Source: a virus
Lineage: Duplodnaviria; Caudoviricetes
DNA: 64,000 bases
Reading direction: 5' to 3' (one strand)
IMG/VR virus record: IMGVR_UViG_3300031857_000001
The notes below the pieces were generated by a model that did not search any database, was not told where the DNA came from, and saw only the letters and a program-made list of their open reading frames with translations. Below, piece by piece: positions 46,178 to 56,522 of the stretch (its first letter is position 1; each line of letters opens with the position of its first letter). Both the position numbers and the translations under genes were made by a program.

Positions 46178-46555
46178 ATGGGAAAAGTTATAAGATTGTC
46201 AGAATCCGATTTGGAAAAAATAGTACAAAAAGTAATTGAGGAACAAGAAACCCAAGAAGGTTTAGGTGACATATACCAAGGTTTAAAGGGTGTTTGGAGA
46301 GGAGAAGGTTATGATTATTTTAAATACTTAAGTTCTTTAAGAGGTATTACTCGTAAATTAAAAAAATTAGATGAACCTAATGTTAGAGTCATGGGCGATT
46401 TATATCAACTCAGGACTAAAGTGGATACATCTAAAATGCCAACGGATAAAAAAAGTAATTTACTTAATACTATCGACGCTGCTATGGACCACTTCAAATC
46501 TTATTCAACTCTGATTAATAAAATTGAACAACTATCAACACAAAAATTAGCATAA
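46178..46555 (+). CDS. Putative internal head protein
   Basis: MGKVIRLSESDLEKIVQKVIEEQ. Late motif upstream. Confidence 0.75.
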   Translation: MGKVIRLSESDLEKIVQKVIEEQETQEGLGDIYQGLKGVWRGEGYDYFKYLSSLRGITRKLKKLDEPNVRVMGDLYQLRTKVDTSKMPTDKKSNLLNTIDAAMDHFKSYSTLINKIEQLSTQKLA

Positions 46556-46567
46556 AAAAAAGGGGAT

Positions 46568-48613
46568 TTATTCCCCTTTTTTCTTTCTTGGTTTTTTAAC
46601 CGTAATAGGTTTATTTTCAATAATATTTATTTCTTTATTGTCTACAGATAGTCGATATTCTCCATTTTCGATAATATTGCCCTTTAGAACTTCTTCAGAA
46701 ATATAGTCTTCAATTTTATCTTGAATGGCTCTCTTAAGAGGCCTAGCTCCAAACTGCTCGTCAAAACCAACTTCAGATATTAGTTCAACAACATTTTCTT
46801 CGTAAGAAATATTGTATTTTAAATTTACTAAACGCTTACAAAGTTTATCAAGTTCAAGTTTAACAATTTGTTGTATGTCTTCTTTTTTCAAATTGTTAAA
46901 TACAATAACCTCATCAATACGATTTAAAAATTCAGGAGCGAAAAACTTTTGAAGTTCTTTTTTAAGAACATCTCTCTTATATTCTTCCTCAATATAAGAG
47001 TTAACACTCTTAAAACCAATTCCAGCACCGAACTCTTGTAATTTTTTGGCTCCAATATTCGAGGTCATAATAATGACACAATTTTTAAAGTTGATTTTTC
47101 TTCCCAATCCATCGGTTACGTGACCATCGTCTAACACCTGAAGTAAGGTTGAAAAAATATCCTTATTGGCTTTTTCAATCTCATCAAATAATATAACCGA
47201 ATATGGTTTATTCTTAACTTGTTCTGTCAACTGCCCGCCTTCATCATAACCAACATATCCTGGAGGAGCTCCAATCAATCGAGATATTGTATGTTTCTCT
47301 TGGAATTCGGACATATCAATTCTGATAAGATTATCTTCACTACCAAAAATTTGTTTTGCAAGTTCTTTTGCTAACAATGTTTTTCCAATACCTGTAGAAC
47401 CTAAGAATATGAATGAACCAATTGGTTTGTTTGGGTCCTTAATCCCTAATCTATTTCTTCTAATTGATTTGGCGATTTTAGATACTGCGGAATCCTGACC
47501 AATAACCTTTCCTGAAAGTTCCTCCTCTAATGACGCCAATTTTTTGGTTTCATCTGAATTTAATTTAGAGATAGGTATTTTGGTCATATTTGATACCGTT
47601 TCATAAACTAAATCAGTGGTTATTTCCTTTTTTTGTAATATCAAATCATCATCGAATTTCTTTTTCTCATCCTCTAGTTTCCCCAAAATTTTCTTTTCCT
47701 TATCCCTAAGGTTTGCCGCTTCTTCATAGTTTTGTTTCTTAACAACTTCTATTTTTTGTTGTTTTATTTCGGCGGCTTGTTGTTTTAGTTGGTCAATTAC
47801 TTCGGGTACTTTAATCTCAACTTGACTTCTGGCACCCACTTCGTCGATAATGTCGAAAGCCTTATCAGGGAATTCTCTATCTGTAATATATCGCTCAGCC
47901 AAATCAACGCATAGGGTTAAAATTTCGTCAGAATATTTAACTTTGTGATAATTTTCATACTTATCCTTGATATTTTTCAAAATAAGAAATGTCTCATGTT
48001 TTGTTGCAGAATCAACAATAACTTTTTGAAATCTCCTTTCTAAAGCCCCATCCTTCTCAAAATTCTTTCTATACTCATCCAACGTCGTTGCTCCGACACA
48101 TTGAATCTCCCCACGGGCAAGTGCTGGTTTAAATATGTTGGACGCATCTAACGAACCTGATGAATTTCCGGCACCAACTATTGTATGAATTTCATCAATA
48201 AAAACAATAATATTTGGTGACGATTGTAATTCTTCGATGATAACCTTCATTCTTTCTTCAAACTGACCACGATACTTAGTTCCCGCAACAATCGATGTCA
48301 TATCTAAAGATACAATTCTTTTGTCCATAAGATTTCTAGGGCAATCTCCATTGAAAATTTTAATGGCTAATCCCTCAACAATAGCGGTTTTACCACAACC
48401 TGGTTCACCAATGATGATTGGATTGTTCTTTTTTCTTCTCGCCAAAATCTGAGCGATTCTTGTTATCTCTCTTTCTCTACCAATAACAGGGTCTAATTTA
48501 CCTTCCTCAGCTAGTTTTATTAAATCTCTACTGAAATTATCAAGGACTGGAGTTGACGAATCTCCTTTTGATTTGCTTTTGCTCTTTCCGTCATTATCCA
48601 TTGGTTCGGTCAT
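46568..48613 (-). CDS. clpC: ClpC/ClpB-like AAA+ ATPase lacking the N-domain
   Basis: Two Walker A motifs (GEPGCGKT, GSTGIGKT), UVR-type coiled coil (QNYEEAANLRD) and RLIGAPPGYVGYDEGGQLTE. Confidence 0.92.
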   Translation of the reverse strand: MTEPMDNDGKSKSKSKGDSSTPVLDNFSRDLIKLAEEGKLDPVIGREREITRIAQILARRKKNNPIIIGEPGCGKTAIVEGLAIKIFNGDCPRNLMDKRIVSLDMTSIVAGTKYRGQFEERMKVIIEELQSSPNIIVFIDEIHTIVGAGNSSGSLDASNIFKPALARGEIQCVGATTLDEYRKNFEKDGALERRFQKVIVDSATKHETFLILKNIKDKYENYHKVKYSDEILTLCVDLAERYITDREFPDKAFDIIDEVGARSQVEIKVPEVIDQLKQQAAEIKQQKIEVVKKQNYEEAANLRDKEKKILGKLEDEKKKFDDDLILQKKEITTDLVYETVSNMTKIPISKLNSDETKKLASLEEELSGKVIGQDSAVSKIAKSIRRNRLGIKDPNKPIGSFIFLGSTGIGKTLLAKELAKQIFGSEDNLIRIDMSEFQEKHTISRLIGAPPGYVGYDEGGQLTEQVKNKPYSVILFDEIEKANKDIFSTLLQVLDDGHVTDGLGRKINFKNCVIIMTSNIGAKKLQEFGAGIGFKSVNSYIEEEYKRDVLKKELQKFFAPEFLNRIDEVIVFNNLKKEDIQQIVKLELDKLCKRLVNLKYNISYEENVVELISEVGFDEQFGARPLKRAIQDKIEDYISEEVLKGNIIENGEYRLSVDNKEINIIENKPITVKKPRKKKGE

Positions 48614-48660
48614 AACTATTTTTTTTTTAATAATAACAATTATTTTTTAAAAAAAAAGTT

Positions 48661-48903
48661 ATGGGAATAATCAAAGAAGAAATTATCGGAACAAAAATTA
48701 TTAATGAAATTCAGTCAAGTAATCTTAAAAAAACTGAATATGATACTGAAACCAAAAAAATGTTGGTTGAGTTCAATACAGGTGCGAAATATGAATACTC
48801 TGAGGTCCCCCACCAAGTTTATACTCAGTTTAGAATGTCAGAATCACAAGGAAAATTTTTTAATTCAAAGATTTCTAAGACGTATAAATATAGAAAAATT
48901 TAA
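48661..48903 (+). CDS. KTSC domain protein
   Basis: SSNL...YD.....L.VEF..G..Y.Y..VP..VY..F..SESQGKFFN..I...Y.Y. Confidence 0.9.
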   Translation: MGIIKEEIIGTKIINEIQSSNLKKTEYDTETKKMLVEFNTGAKYEYSEVPHQVYTQFRMSESQGKFFNSKISKTYKYRKI

Positions 48904-48933
48904 CAATTAACACTACTCAAATATTTATCTCTG

Positions 48934-50610
48934 ATGAGTAGTTTAAAAGATATTCTTTCAAGTTTTCATCTACAAGATGAACTGAATCCAAAAATTTGGT
49001 CCAAAGACGGACAAAAAATGAATCCAAAGGTCCGTGAAAGACTATTGGAGATAACCAATGACTTTGTAGAATTTTTGGGTGTTGACATCATTGTTACTGA
49101 TGTGATAATGACAGGTTCACTGGCCAATTATAATTGGTCAAAATTTTCTGATATTGATTTACACATAGTTGCAAATTTTTCTCAATTCTCAGAAGAACAA
49201 TTACCTCTATATGAAGAGTTATTTAAACTTAAAAAAACTTTATATAACGACAAACATAATATAAAGATTTTCGGTTATGACGTTGAGTTATACGTTCAAA
49301 ATGAAACTGAAATTCATTTTAGTAGTGGCGTTTATTCCGTGTTGTTTGATGAATGGAGTAACGAACCTAAAAAAGAATCAGTTAAAGTTGATAAAGAACT
49401 TATTAAAGTTAAATCACAACAATGGATGGATATTATTGATAGTGTGATTGAAAATGCGTCTGATGAGCCATTAGAAAGGGCTAAAAAAATAATAAAAAAA
49501 TATAAAGATAAGTTAAAAAAATATAGAACATGCGGTTTAGAAAAGGATGGGGAATATTCAGATGAGAATTTGGTCTTTAAAGTTCTAAGAAGAAATGGAT
49601 ATATTGAAAAATTATTTAATTTTGAAAACCAACACACCGATAAACAACTGTCTTTAAAAGAACAAGAGGAGGATGAGGAATATTCAAATGTCATATCTAG
49701 TTTAGTTGATTTATCGAAAAAAAATATAACATTAATTAACGAACCAAAACCAAAAGGTCAAAAAACTTTTAATCCTGATACTGAAATACTCCAAAATGCT
49801 TTAATTTTAATGGGTTATCCTTTACCTAAATTTGGAGTTGACGGTAAATTTGGAAAAGAAACACAAACTGCCGTAGAATCTTTCGAAGATGAAAATGGGT
49901 TGAATGTTGACGGAAAAGTTGATTCAAATGATTTCAAAAAAATGTCAGAAGTTATTTTTAAAAGAAAACCTGTTAAAAGTTTAGAACCTATAAAATCAAA
50001 GGAAACCGAATTAATTGTTAAAAAAGAACCAAAAATTGTTGTTCCATCAGGTTCAGTTGATTTTAGACAAATTACAAGAAATGTAATCAACAATTTGGAA
50101 GGTGGTTATTATAATCCAAATTGGCATAGTACAAAAGGAATGGGAAGGTCTGGTGAAACCATGTTTGGAATCGATAGGAGACACGGAGGTAAATACAATA
50201 CAAGCGCACCTGGAATTAAATTTTGGAGTATAATTGATAAAAATAAAAATCCAAAAACTTGGAAATATAATTATAGAGGAGGAAGTTTGGAGGGAGAATT
50301 AACTGATTTAGTTGTTGATATAATTCAGCCATTCTATAATGAATTCAAGGATAGATATCTTTCACCTGAAGCTAAAAAAATTGTTGATAGCGACTCAAGA
50401 TTAACTTTCCATTTCGCTTATGCTGTTTGGAATGGTCCAGGATGGTTTAGAAAATTTGCAAGAGTTATTAATAAATCAGTTGAGAAAGGTCAAACTAATC
50501 CAAATATACTAGCAAAAACCGCAATTAGAAGTAGAGTTGATAGTGGTAATAGTTTGATTGCTAAGGGTGGTAGAAAGATTGATGACGTTCTTGGAATTAA
50601 CGCGGCTTAA
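48934..50610 (+). CDS. Nucleotidyltransferase + peptidoglycan-binding + lysozyme-like fusion protein
   Basis: TGSLANYNW...DIDLH (Pol-beta NTase), GVDGKFGKET..AV..F....GL.VDG (PG-binding) and LEGGY...GETMFGIDR (GH108-like). Confidence 0.8.
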   Translation: MSSLKDILSSFHLQDELNPKIWSKDGQKMNPKVRERLLEITNDFVEFLGVDIIVTDVIMTGSLANYNWSKFSDIDLHIVANFSQFSEEQLPLYEELFKLKKTLYNDKHNIKIFGYDVELYVQNETEIHFSSGVYSVLFDEWSNEPKKESVKVDKELIKVKSQQWMDIIDSVIENASDEPLERAKKIIKKYKDKLKKYRTCGLEKDGEYSDENLVFKVLRRNGYIEKLFNFENQHTDKQLSLKEQEEDEEYSNVISSLVDLSKKNITLINEPKPKGQKTFNPDTEILQNALILMGYPLPKFGVDGKFGKETQTAVESFEDENGLNVDGKVDSNDFKKMSEVIFKRKPVKSLEPIKSKETELIVKKEPKIVVPSGSVDFRQITRNVINNLEGGYYNPNWHSTKGMGRSGETMFGIDRRHGGKYNTSAPGIKFWSIIDKNKNPKTWKYNYRGGSLEGELTDLVVDIIQPFYNEFKDRYLSPEAKKIVDSDSRLTFHFAYAVWNGPGWFRKFARVINKSVEKGQTNPNILAKTAIRSRVDSGNSLIAKGGRKIDDVLGINAA

Positions 50611-50679
50611 TTTAAAATTAAATATTTATATTTCGCCGTATATTTATATATAAAAATTAATTTTTTAAAAAAAAACAAA

Positions 50680-51975
50680 ATGGGAAATTTAAGACCAATT
50701 GGTAGTGAGAAATTAGAAGGTATGGATAAAATTAACCGTATCATGGAAATTGCACGTTATAACGAGCACATCCCACAACCAATAAATGAAGACTCATCTA
50801 ATGAATATAAAATTACGTTGGCCGATGGGTTTAACTATCAAATAGTTAAAGAAAAGAATGGTTACGTCCTTAAAAAAGGACTTAATGAGTCTTATGATTA
50901 TCTTGAACCTATGAAAAATAGAAAACACTATTCTTCATATTCTGCGGCATTTAAGAGATTAAATCTAATTGCTAAAGAAGTTAATATTAACGAAGGTCAA
51001 GATAAGAATATTTCATTGTTTACTGAAAGCGAAGACTCTGAGAAAAAATATTATTTAAAACTTAATACCAATGAACAGGCAGCACCCGCACCCGCGCCAG
51101 CACCCGCACCAGCACCTGTATCTGCTCCGGCACCCGAGGCTGAAGTACCGGCAGCTCCCGTAGAACCTGAAGCGGAAATGCCTCCTATGGATGATATGGC
51201 GGATGAGGGTCAAGACGATGAAATTGTAACATTTAAGACAATTCAAAAATTGACTGGAAAATTGGGTCAAAAATTAAGAACATTAAATGCTGATGAAGAA
51301 AACAAAATGACATCAGATGATGTAAAATACGTGATTAATTCAGTTCTTTCTGCTTTGGATTTGAATACTTTGCAGCCTGAGGATAAGGAAGAAATTATGT
51401 CTAAGTTCGAAGGTGGTGAAGATATGGGTATGGAACCTGACATGGGTGATGAAGAAATGGGAATGGGTCCTGAAGGTGAAGAAGAGGAAATGCCAGTGGC
51501 TCCTGAAGGTGAAATGGCGGAAGGAGATATGGGAATGTCAATGGATGATATTAGCTCAATGTTTGATGATGAAGAGTCTGATGATTTTGATTATCCATCA
51601 CAACCAAGACATAGAAAAATTAAAGATAGAAGAATTAGTGACGACCACGCATACAAAATGGAAGAAATGATTGAGGGTATTTTCTCTGAATCTAAAATTG
51701 ATAAAATTTTAAAGAAGTATTTCCAAATTGACGAGGCAGAAAAAAGAGAGGTTCAAAATAAAAAACCAAAAGTGGTTTCAGAAGAAGTTGAACGTAAAAA
51801 ATTAGTTAAGAGAGTTCAATATGTTTCTGAAAGTGAAACTCAGTATTTGAAATCAAAGAAGCTTATTACTCAATACCCTGATGCTAAATTGTTAGGAAAA
51901 ACAAAGAACAAAAATTTGGTTTTCCAAGTAAATGAATCTAAAATTAAGATTACTCCTAAGGGTGAGGTTATATGA
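50680..51975 (+). CDS. Acidic head-associated/core-like protein
   Basis: Late motif, (PA)n linker, acidic Met/Glu-rich segments and multiple xNE/xSE motifs. Confidence 0.75.
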   Translation: MGNLRPIGSEKLEGMDKINRIMEIARYNEHIPQPINEDSSNEYKITLADGFNYQIVKEKNGYVLKKGLNESYDYLEPMKNRKHYSSYSAAFKRLNLIAKEVNINEGQDKNISLFTESEDSEKKYYLKLNTNEQAAPAPAPAPAPAPVSAPAPEAEVPAAPVEPEAEMPPMDDMADEGQDDEIVTFKTIQKLTGKLGQKLRTLNADEENKMTSDDVKYVINSVLSALDLNTLQPEDKEEIMSKFEGGEDMGMEPDMGDEEMGMGPEGEEEEMPVAPEGEMAEGDMGMSMDDISSMFDDEESDDFDYPSQPRHRKIKDRRISDDHAYKMEEMIEGIFSESKIDKILKKYFQIDEAEKREVQNKKPKVVSEEVERKKLVKRVQYVSESETQYLKSKKLITQYPDAKLLGKTKNKNLVFQVNESKIKITPKGEVI

Positions 51976-52385
51976 GTTATTTGATATTTGTAAATGAATT
52001 AGGACCAAATTATAAGGGAGATAACATATACGAGTTTATTTTTTCTGACGATTTGGAAGGTGTGTGGGGAGATTCATGGGAATCAAAACCATCAAACGGA
52101 TATCCCCTCCCACCTGATTTAGAATATATAAAAAAAGTTGGAGTTTTGAAAAACGACATAATAACAATGTCCGTGATTCAAAACTCTGATTATTTTTCAA
52201 TGGTTGATGCAATTGATGGTGTAATTGCTTTGTGTTGGGAAAACGAAAGTGAATCCATTGATTTTGATAGGCACAAGCGTTTAGTTTTTAGATTTGGGGA
52301 ACCAGAAGAAACCGTTAAAAATAAATTATACGAAAGAGACATCGTATTAGAATTTGAAAAAAAAATACAATATGAAAGCCAATAA
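51972..52385 (+). CDS. Hypothetical protein
   Basis: 137-aa ORF in the structural operon. Confidence 0.75.
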   Translation: MSYLIFVNELGPNYKGDNIYEFIFSDDLEGVWGDSWESKPSNGYPLPPDLEYIKKVGVLKNDIITMSVIQNSDYFSMVDAIDGVIALCWENESESIDFDRHKRLVFRFGEPEETVKNKLYERDIVLEFEKKIQYESQ

Positions 52386-53382
52386 AAAAATAATGGAGTT
52401 ATTAAATCACGGATTTAGTAATTCTTTGCTTTCGTCTTTAAATGAAAGACAAGTCGATTCTTTATACCAAAGATTAGATGAATCTAAAAAGGAAAATAAA
52501 GAACAGGTTACCACAAGCGCAACCACGGTCCAAATTGTCGGACCAAAAGGTGGTACAGCCACAGTAGGAGGAAAACCGGTTACTTTAACACCAACTTCAG
52601 GAGGTATGGCAATTGAGTCTGAGAGTGAAATGAATGAGGATGATGATACCGATATCGCCTTGGCGTTACAATCTAAAGAAACTAGTGAAGAGGAATCTAA
52701 CGATGGGGATGTTTTATTGGCTATGAATGACCCTGAAATGGCGGTTACATTCGGTGCTCAAGATTTAGGAGAAAAATTTGAATCAAAAAAACAACAGAAA
52801 TATTTTTGGTACAAGTGTGGTGATGGTAAAACAAAAGAACAGAAAAAGTGGTGTAAGATGGCAAAAGAATTTTCTGATTCTACTAAAAATTTTAGTAAAT
52901 TACCTGAAAAAAAGAAAAAAGAAACAAAAGAAGAATTTGGAATGGGAGATTATACAAAAAAATTATCATCAGTGTTAGCAAATAATTTAGAAAAAGCTGC
53001 GTATAATATGAAACCTGTTGTTAAATTTGGCGAAAGTGTTTTAGAAAAGAAAATTAGTAATTTAGTAGAAAAACATTTACCACCTAAGATGAGTAAAAAA
53101 GATTTAGTGAATATGATTAATGAGGCGGGAAAAGAAGTTGAGACTCCTGTAAAACCGGATGTTAAACCTGAAAGACCAAAGCCTCAGACCCCATACCAAC
53201 CAAAACATAAACCAGCACCAAAAGCCGGTGAAAGAGAAGTAGAAACCCCTGTCAAACCTGACGTTAAACCAGAAAGACCGAAACCACAGACCCCATATCA
53301 ACCAAAACATAAACCAGCTCCAAAAGCCGAGGATATACCACAATGGTTAACTTTCGGTGCAATTGGTATTAACTTAAAATAA
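52372..53382 (+). CDS. Structural-region protein with Pro/Lys tandem repeat
   Basis: Likely start MKANKK. Two copies of EVETPVKPDVKPERPKPQTPYQPKHKPAPKA. Confidence 0.75.
   Translation: MKANKKIMELLNHGFSNSLLSSLNERQVDSLYQRLDESKKENKEQVTTSATTVQIVGPKGGTATVGGKPVTLTPTSGGMAIESESEMNEDDDTDIALALQSKETSEEESNDGDVLLAMNDPEMAVTFGAQDLGEKFESKKQQKYFWYKCGDGKTKEQKKWCKMAKEFSDSTKNFSKLPEKKKKETKEEFGMGDYTKKLSSVLANNLEKAAYNMKPVVKFGESVLEKKISNLVEKHLPPKMSKKDLVNMINEAGKEVETPVKPDVKPERPKPQTPYQPKHKPAPKAGEREVETPVKPDVKPERPKPQTPYQPKHKPAPKAEDIPQWLTFGAIGINLK
53134..53328 (+). repeat. Intragenic tandem repeat, 31 aa x2 (period 102 nt)
   Basis: Identical peptide with many synonymous nucleotide differences between copies. Confidence 0.9.
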
Positions 53383-53383
53383 T

Positions 53384-54709
53384 ATGAGTTTCAATCCAAA
53401 AATGAAAAAAGTTATCAACGAAAAAACCAATTTGGAAAAAAAATTGGTAACAGAAGGTCTCACAAAAAAAGAAAGTGATAGATTGAAAAATTTAAAATTA
53501 AAACTTAATGAGGCACCTATTGATTACGAAGGTCCTGAAAGGATGGGTCGTGACATCGAGAGAAAAATAACTAGTAAAGAAACTCCATATTCTGAAAATC
53601 CGGCTTTACCAAAGGGGGACAGAGACTTTGTCGAGTTAGTTTCCTCAAAAAGATTCAAAGATTCTGTCGACACTGTAAGACGATATTTGGGTACTACCGC
53701 ACCTTTACAGGGAGGTAATCCACTCATGCAACTTATGGGTATGGCCATGCAGTCTCTACAACAAGTAATGAGAATTGAATTTCAAAATAAAGAATATCTC
53801 GAAAGATTGGCGGTTGATTTGGTTAAAAAAGAAATGGGAATTCCTGACGGGGCGATGCAATTTGATGCAAAGTTAGTTTCAGGACCAATGTCTTCCGCAG
53901 AAGGAATGAGGTCCACGCCTCAGAAACCAAGTAAAGAGGAAGTTAAACAGGCCTTTAAACATAAAGAAGAGCTGGAAGATTTTGCAGATGAGTTTGAAAA
54001 ATTCAATCTTGAAAAGGCAAAGAGACGTTTCATTAACTCATTAATTCAAGGAGCATCTAAAAAAGGACATTATATGTTTGAGTTAGTTAGAGATGAGTTA
54101 ACTAGTCTTGACCCAAATTTAGTAAATCTATATGGTGTTAACCAATCACTTATGGACCACCTTTATTGGGTAATGCCTGATATGGAAGGTATGGCGGCAA
54201 GTGGTGGAGGTCAGATGGGACAAACAAGTGTTGACCCTGAAACCGACCCACCAACTGTAAAGGCGAGAGCCGCGACATTCCCACTCCTTATTCACGAACT
54301 GATTAAGGGTATTTATGAAATATTTGGTACTCACGGTTTACCTGATGACCCACGTCAAGCCGAAATGGTTATGGGAGCTGAAGACACCCTACCCGCAGAA
54401 ATATGGGATATGAGATTAGGTCCGGTATTTTGGGAAAAATTCACCGAAGCGTATCCAATCGAGTTATTTGATGAAGATAAGAAACATATTCAACATTATT
54501 TGTTCATGAGATTTTCTAAATTACCGGCAGAAGAATTTTTCAAATTCGCTAAAGCGGTATTAAACGGAGACCCATCAGGAACAAAGGCGATGCAAAGAAT
54601 GGTTGATGAGATTGTTTCAGATTTAAAGAAACAAGAATATGAACAAGAGTCTTCCAAATGGGAAGACGATGATATCGACGATGTTGACCTTTCAAGTTTA
54701 GGTCTATAA
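53384..54709 (+). CDS. Hypothetical structural-region protein
   Basis: 441-aa ORF with VINE, LVTE and LNE/A N-terminal motifs. Confidence 0.8.
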   Translation: MSFNPKMKKVINEKTNLEKKLVTEGLTKKESDRLKNLKLKLNEAPIDYEGPERMGRDIERKITSKETPYSENPALPKGDRDFVELVSSKRFKDSVDTVRRYLGTTAPLQGGNPLMQLMGMAMQSLQQVMRIEFQNKEYLERLAVDLVKKEMGIPDGAMQFDAKLVSGPMSSAEGMRSTPQKPSKEEVKQAFKHKEELEDFADEFEKFNLEKAKRRFINSLIQGASKKGHYMFELVRDELTSLDPNLVNLYGVNQSLMDHLYWVMPDMEGMAASGGGQMGQTSVDPETDPPTVKARAATFPLLIHELIKGIYEIFGTHGLPDDPRQAEMVMGAEDTLPAEIWDMRLGPVFWEKFTEAYPIELFDEDKKHIQHYLFMRFSKLPAEEFFKFAKAVLNGDPSGTKAMQRMVDEIVSDLKKQEYEQESSKWEDDDIDDVDLSSLGL

Positions 54710-54761
54710 TTAAAACCCCCACTTAGTTGGGGGTTTAATATTTATATACAAATATAGTCTT

Positions 54762-56522
54762 ATGACAAAAGAACAATTAATGCTGGAGTATGTAAAGTGT
54801 ATGAAGGATACTCCATACGCACTACGTACCTATTTACAAACTTATGACAATACCGTTTCGAAATATGTTCCCTTAGAACTATTTCCTGACCAAATTTCGT
54901 TACTTGATGACTATGAAAACTTTAACGAAAATATTGCATTAAAATATCGACAAGCAGGTGTGTCCACAGTAACCGCTGCGTGGGTATCAAAAAAACTTGC
55001 GTTTGCCAAGAAAAATAAACCTGAAAAAATCCTAATTATTGCCAACAAACTTGACACTTCACAAGAAATGGCAAATAAAATAAGGGCCTTTATAACTCAA
55101 TGGCCTGATTGGGTGGGAGCTGGATTTTCAGCAGAAAAAGATTCTCAAAAACATTACAAATTAAATAATGGTTGTGAGGTAAAGGCCGTTGCAACATCAA
55201 AGGACGCACTTCGTGGATTCACACCAACAATATTAATATTTGACGAGGCGGCATTTATCGATGCTGATTCTGATTTTTGGGCAGCTTGTATGGCGTCCCT
55301 ATCTACGGGTGGTAAGGTAATCGTTGTGTCAACACCTAACGGATATGACCCAATTTATTATGAAATTTATGACCAAGCATTAAGAAATATGAATGATTTC
55401 AAGATTTCAGAGATGTATTGGTTTAGAGACCCAAGATATACTAGAGATTTATATCTTGTTAAGACAAAGGATATTATTCATTATTTGTTAAACAAAGAAG
55501 AATATAGTCATGATGATATTATAAGTTGGGAAAGTATCCCTTTCGATGATAGAAACTATGAAGAACTTAAACTGATTATGGATACGGGATACAAACCATG
55601 TTCAAATTGGTTTGAGGGGATGGTTAAGAAATTAAAATACGACAAACGTAAAGTTTCTCAGGAGTTGGAATGTAACTTTTTGGGTTCTGGTGATAACGTA
55701 TTTGACTCAAATTTGTTACAAAGAGTTAGAGAAAATTATATAAGAGAACCCCAAAATAAAATGATGGGTAACGCTCTTTGGATTTGGAAAGAACCTGTTG
55801 TCGGTCACAAATATGTTATGGGAGTTGACGTTAGTAGGGGAGACAGTGAAGACTTTAGTTCTTTTCAAATTATAGATTTTGATGAGAGAGAACAAGTTGC
55901 CGAGTACGTCGGTAAATTACCTCCTGATACAATGGCTGAGGTTTGTTATAAGTGGGCTAACATGTATTCTTGTTTTGTTGTAATTGATATTACCGGTGGT
56001 ATGGGTGTTTCTACTGCAAGAAAAATGCAAGAAATAGGATTTAAAAATCTATATGTTGACGGTGTTGATGTTGCAAATAAATGGAAATGGGACCCAAAAG
56101 CTGCCGAAAAAATACCAGGTATTAATTTTAATAATAAAAGAGTTCAAATTATTGCTTCGTTTGAGGAAGTCATGAGACATGATTTCAAAATTTACAGTAG
56201 TAGATTATTCAATGAAATGAACACATTCGTTTATATTAACGGAAGACCTGACCACCAAAAAGGGCACCACGATGACTTAATTATGTCAATCGCAATGGCA
56301 ACATATGTTGCAGAATCATCGTTTAGTCAGTTAACTAAAGTTACAGAACAAACTAAAGCCATGATTGAATCTTGGTCGGTTAGTAATAATGAAAATGTTA
56401 CTAATCAACTTGCGTTTAATCCTGTTATTCCTAATTTTAATGAAAGAATGAATCAAAACAGTCAACAAAATGTAACCAAAGAAGATTATATGAAATACGG
56501 TTGGCTATTTGGTGGTAGATAG
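54762..56522 (+). CDS. Terminase large subunit (T4 gp17-like)
   Basis: KYRQAGVST (Walker A), ILIFDEAAF (Walker B), VSTPNG, YVMGVDVSRG and HDDLIMS. Confidence 0.95.
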   Translation: MTKEQLMLEYVKCMKDTPYALRTYLQTYDNTVSKYVPLELFPDQISLLDDYENFNENIALKYRQAGVSTVTAAWVSKKLAFAKKNKPEKILIIANKLDTSQEMANKIRAFITQWPDWVGAGFSAEKDSQKHYKLNNGCEVKAVATSKDALRGFTPTILIFDEAAFIDADSDFWAACMASLSTGGKVIVVSTPNGYDPIYYEIYDQALRNMNDFKISEMYWFRDPRYTRDLYLVKTKDIIHYLLNKEEYSHDDIISWESIPFDDRNYEELKLIMDTGYKPCSNWFEGMVKKLKYDKRKVSQELECNFLGSGDNVFDSNLLQRVRENYIREPQNKMMGNALWIWKEPVVGHKYVMGVDVSRGDSEDFSSFQIIDFDEREQVAEYVGKLPPDTMAEVCYKWANMYSCFVVIDITGGMGVSTARKMQEIGFKNLYVDGVDVANKWKWDPKAAEKIPGINFNNKRVQIIASFEEVMRHDFKIYSSRLFNEMNTFVYINGRPDHQKGHHDDLIMSIAMATYVAESSFSQLTKVTEQTKAMIESWSVSNNENVTNQLAFNPVIPNFNERMNQNSQQNVTKEDYMKYGWLFGGR

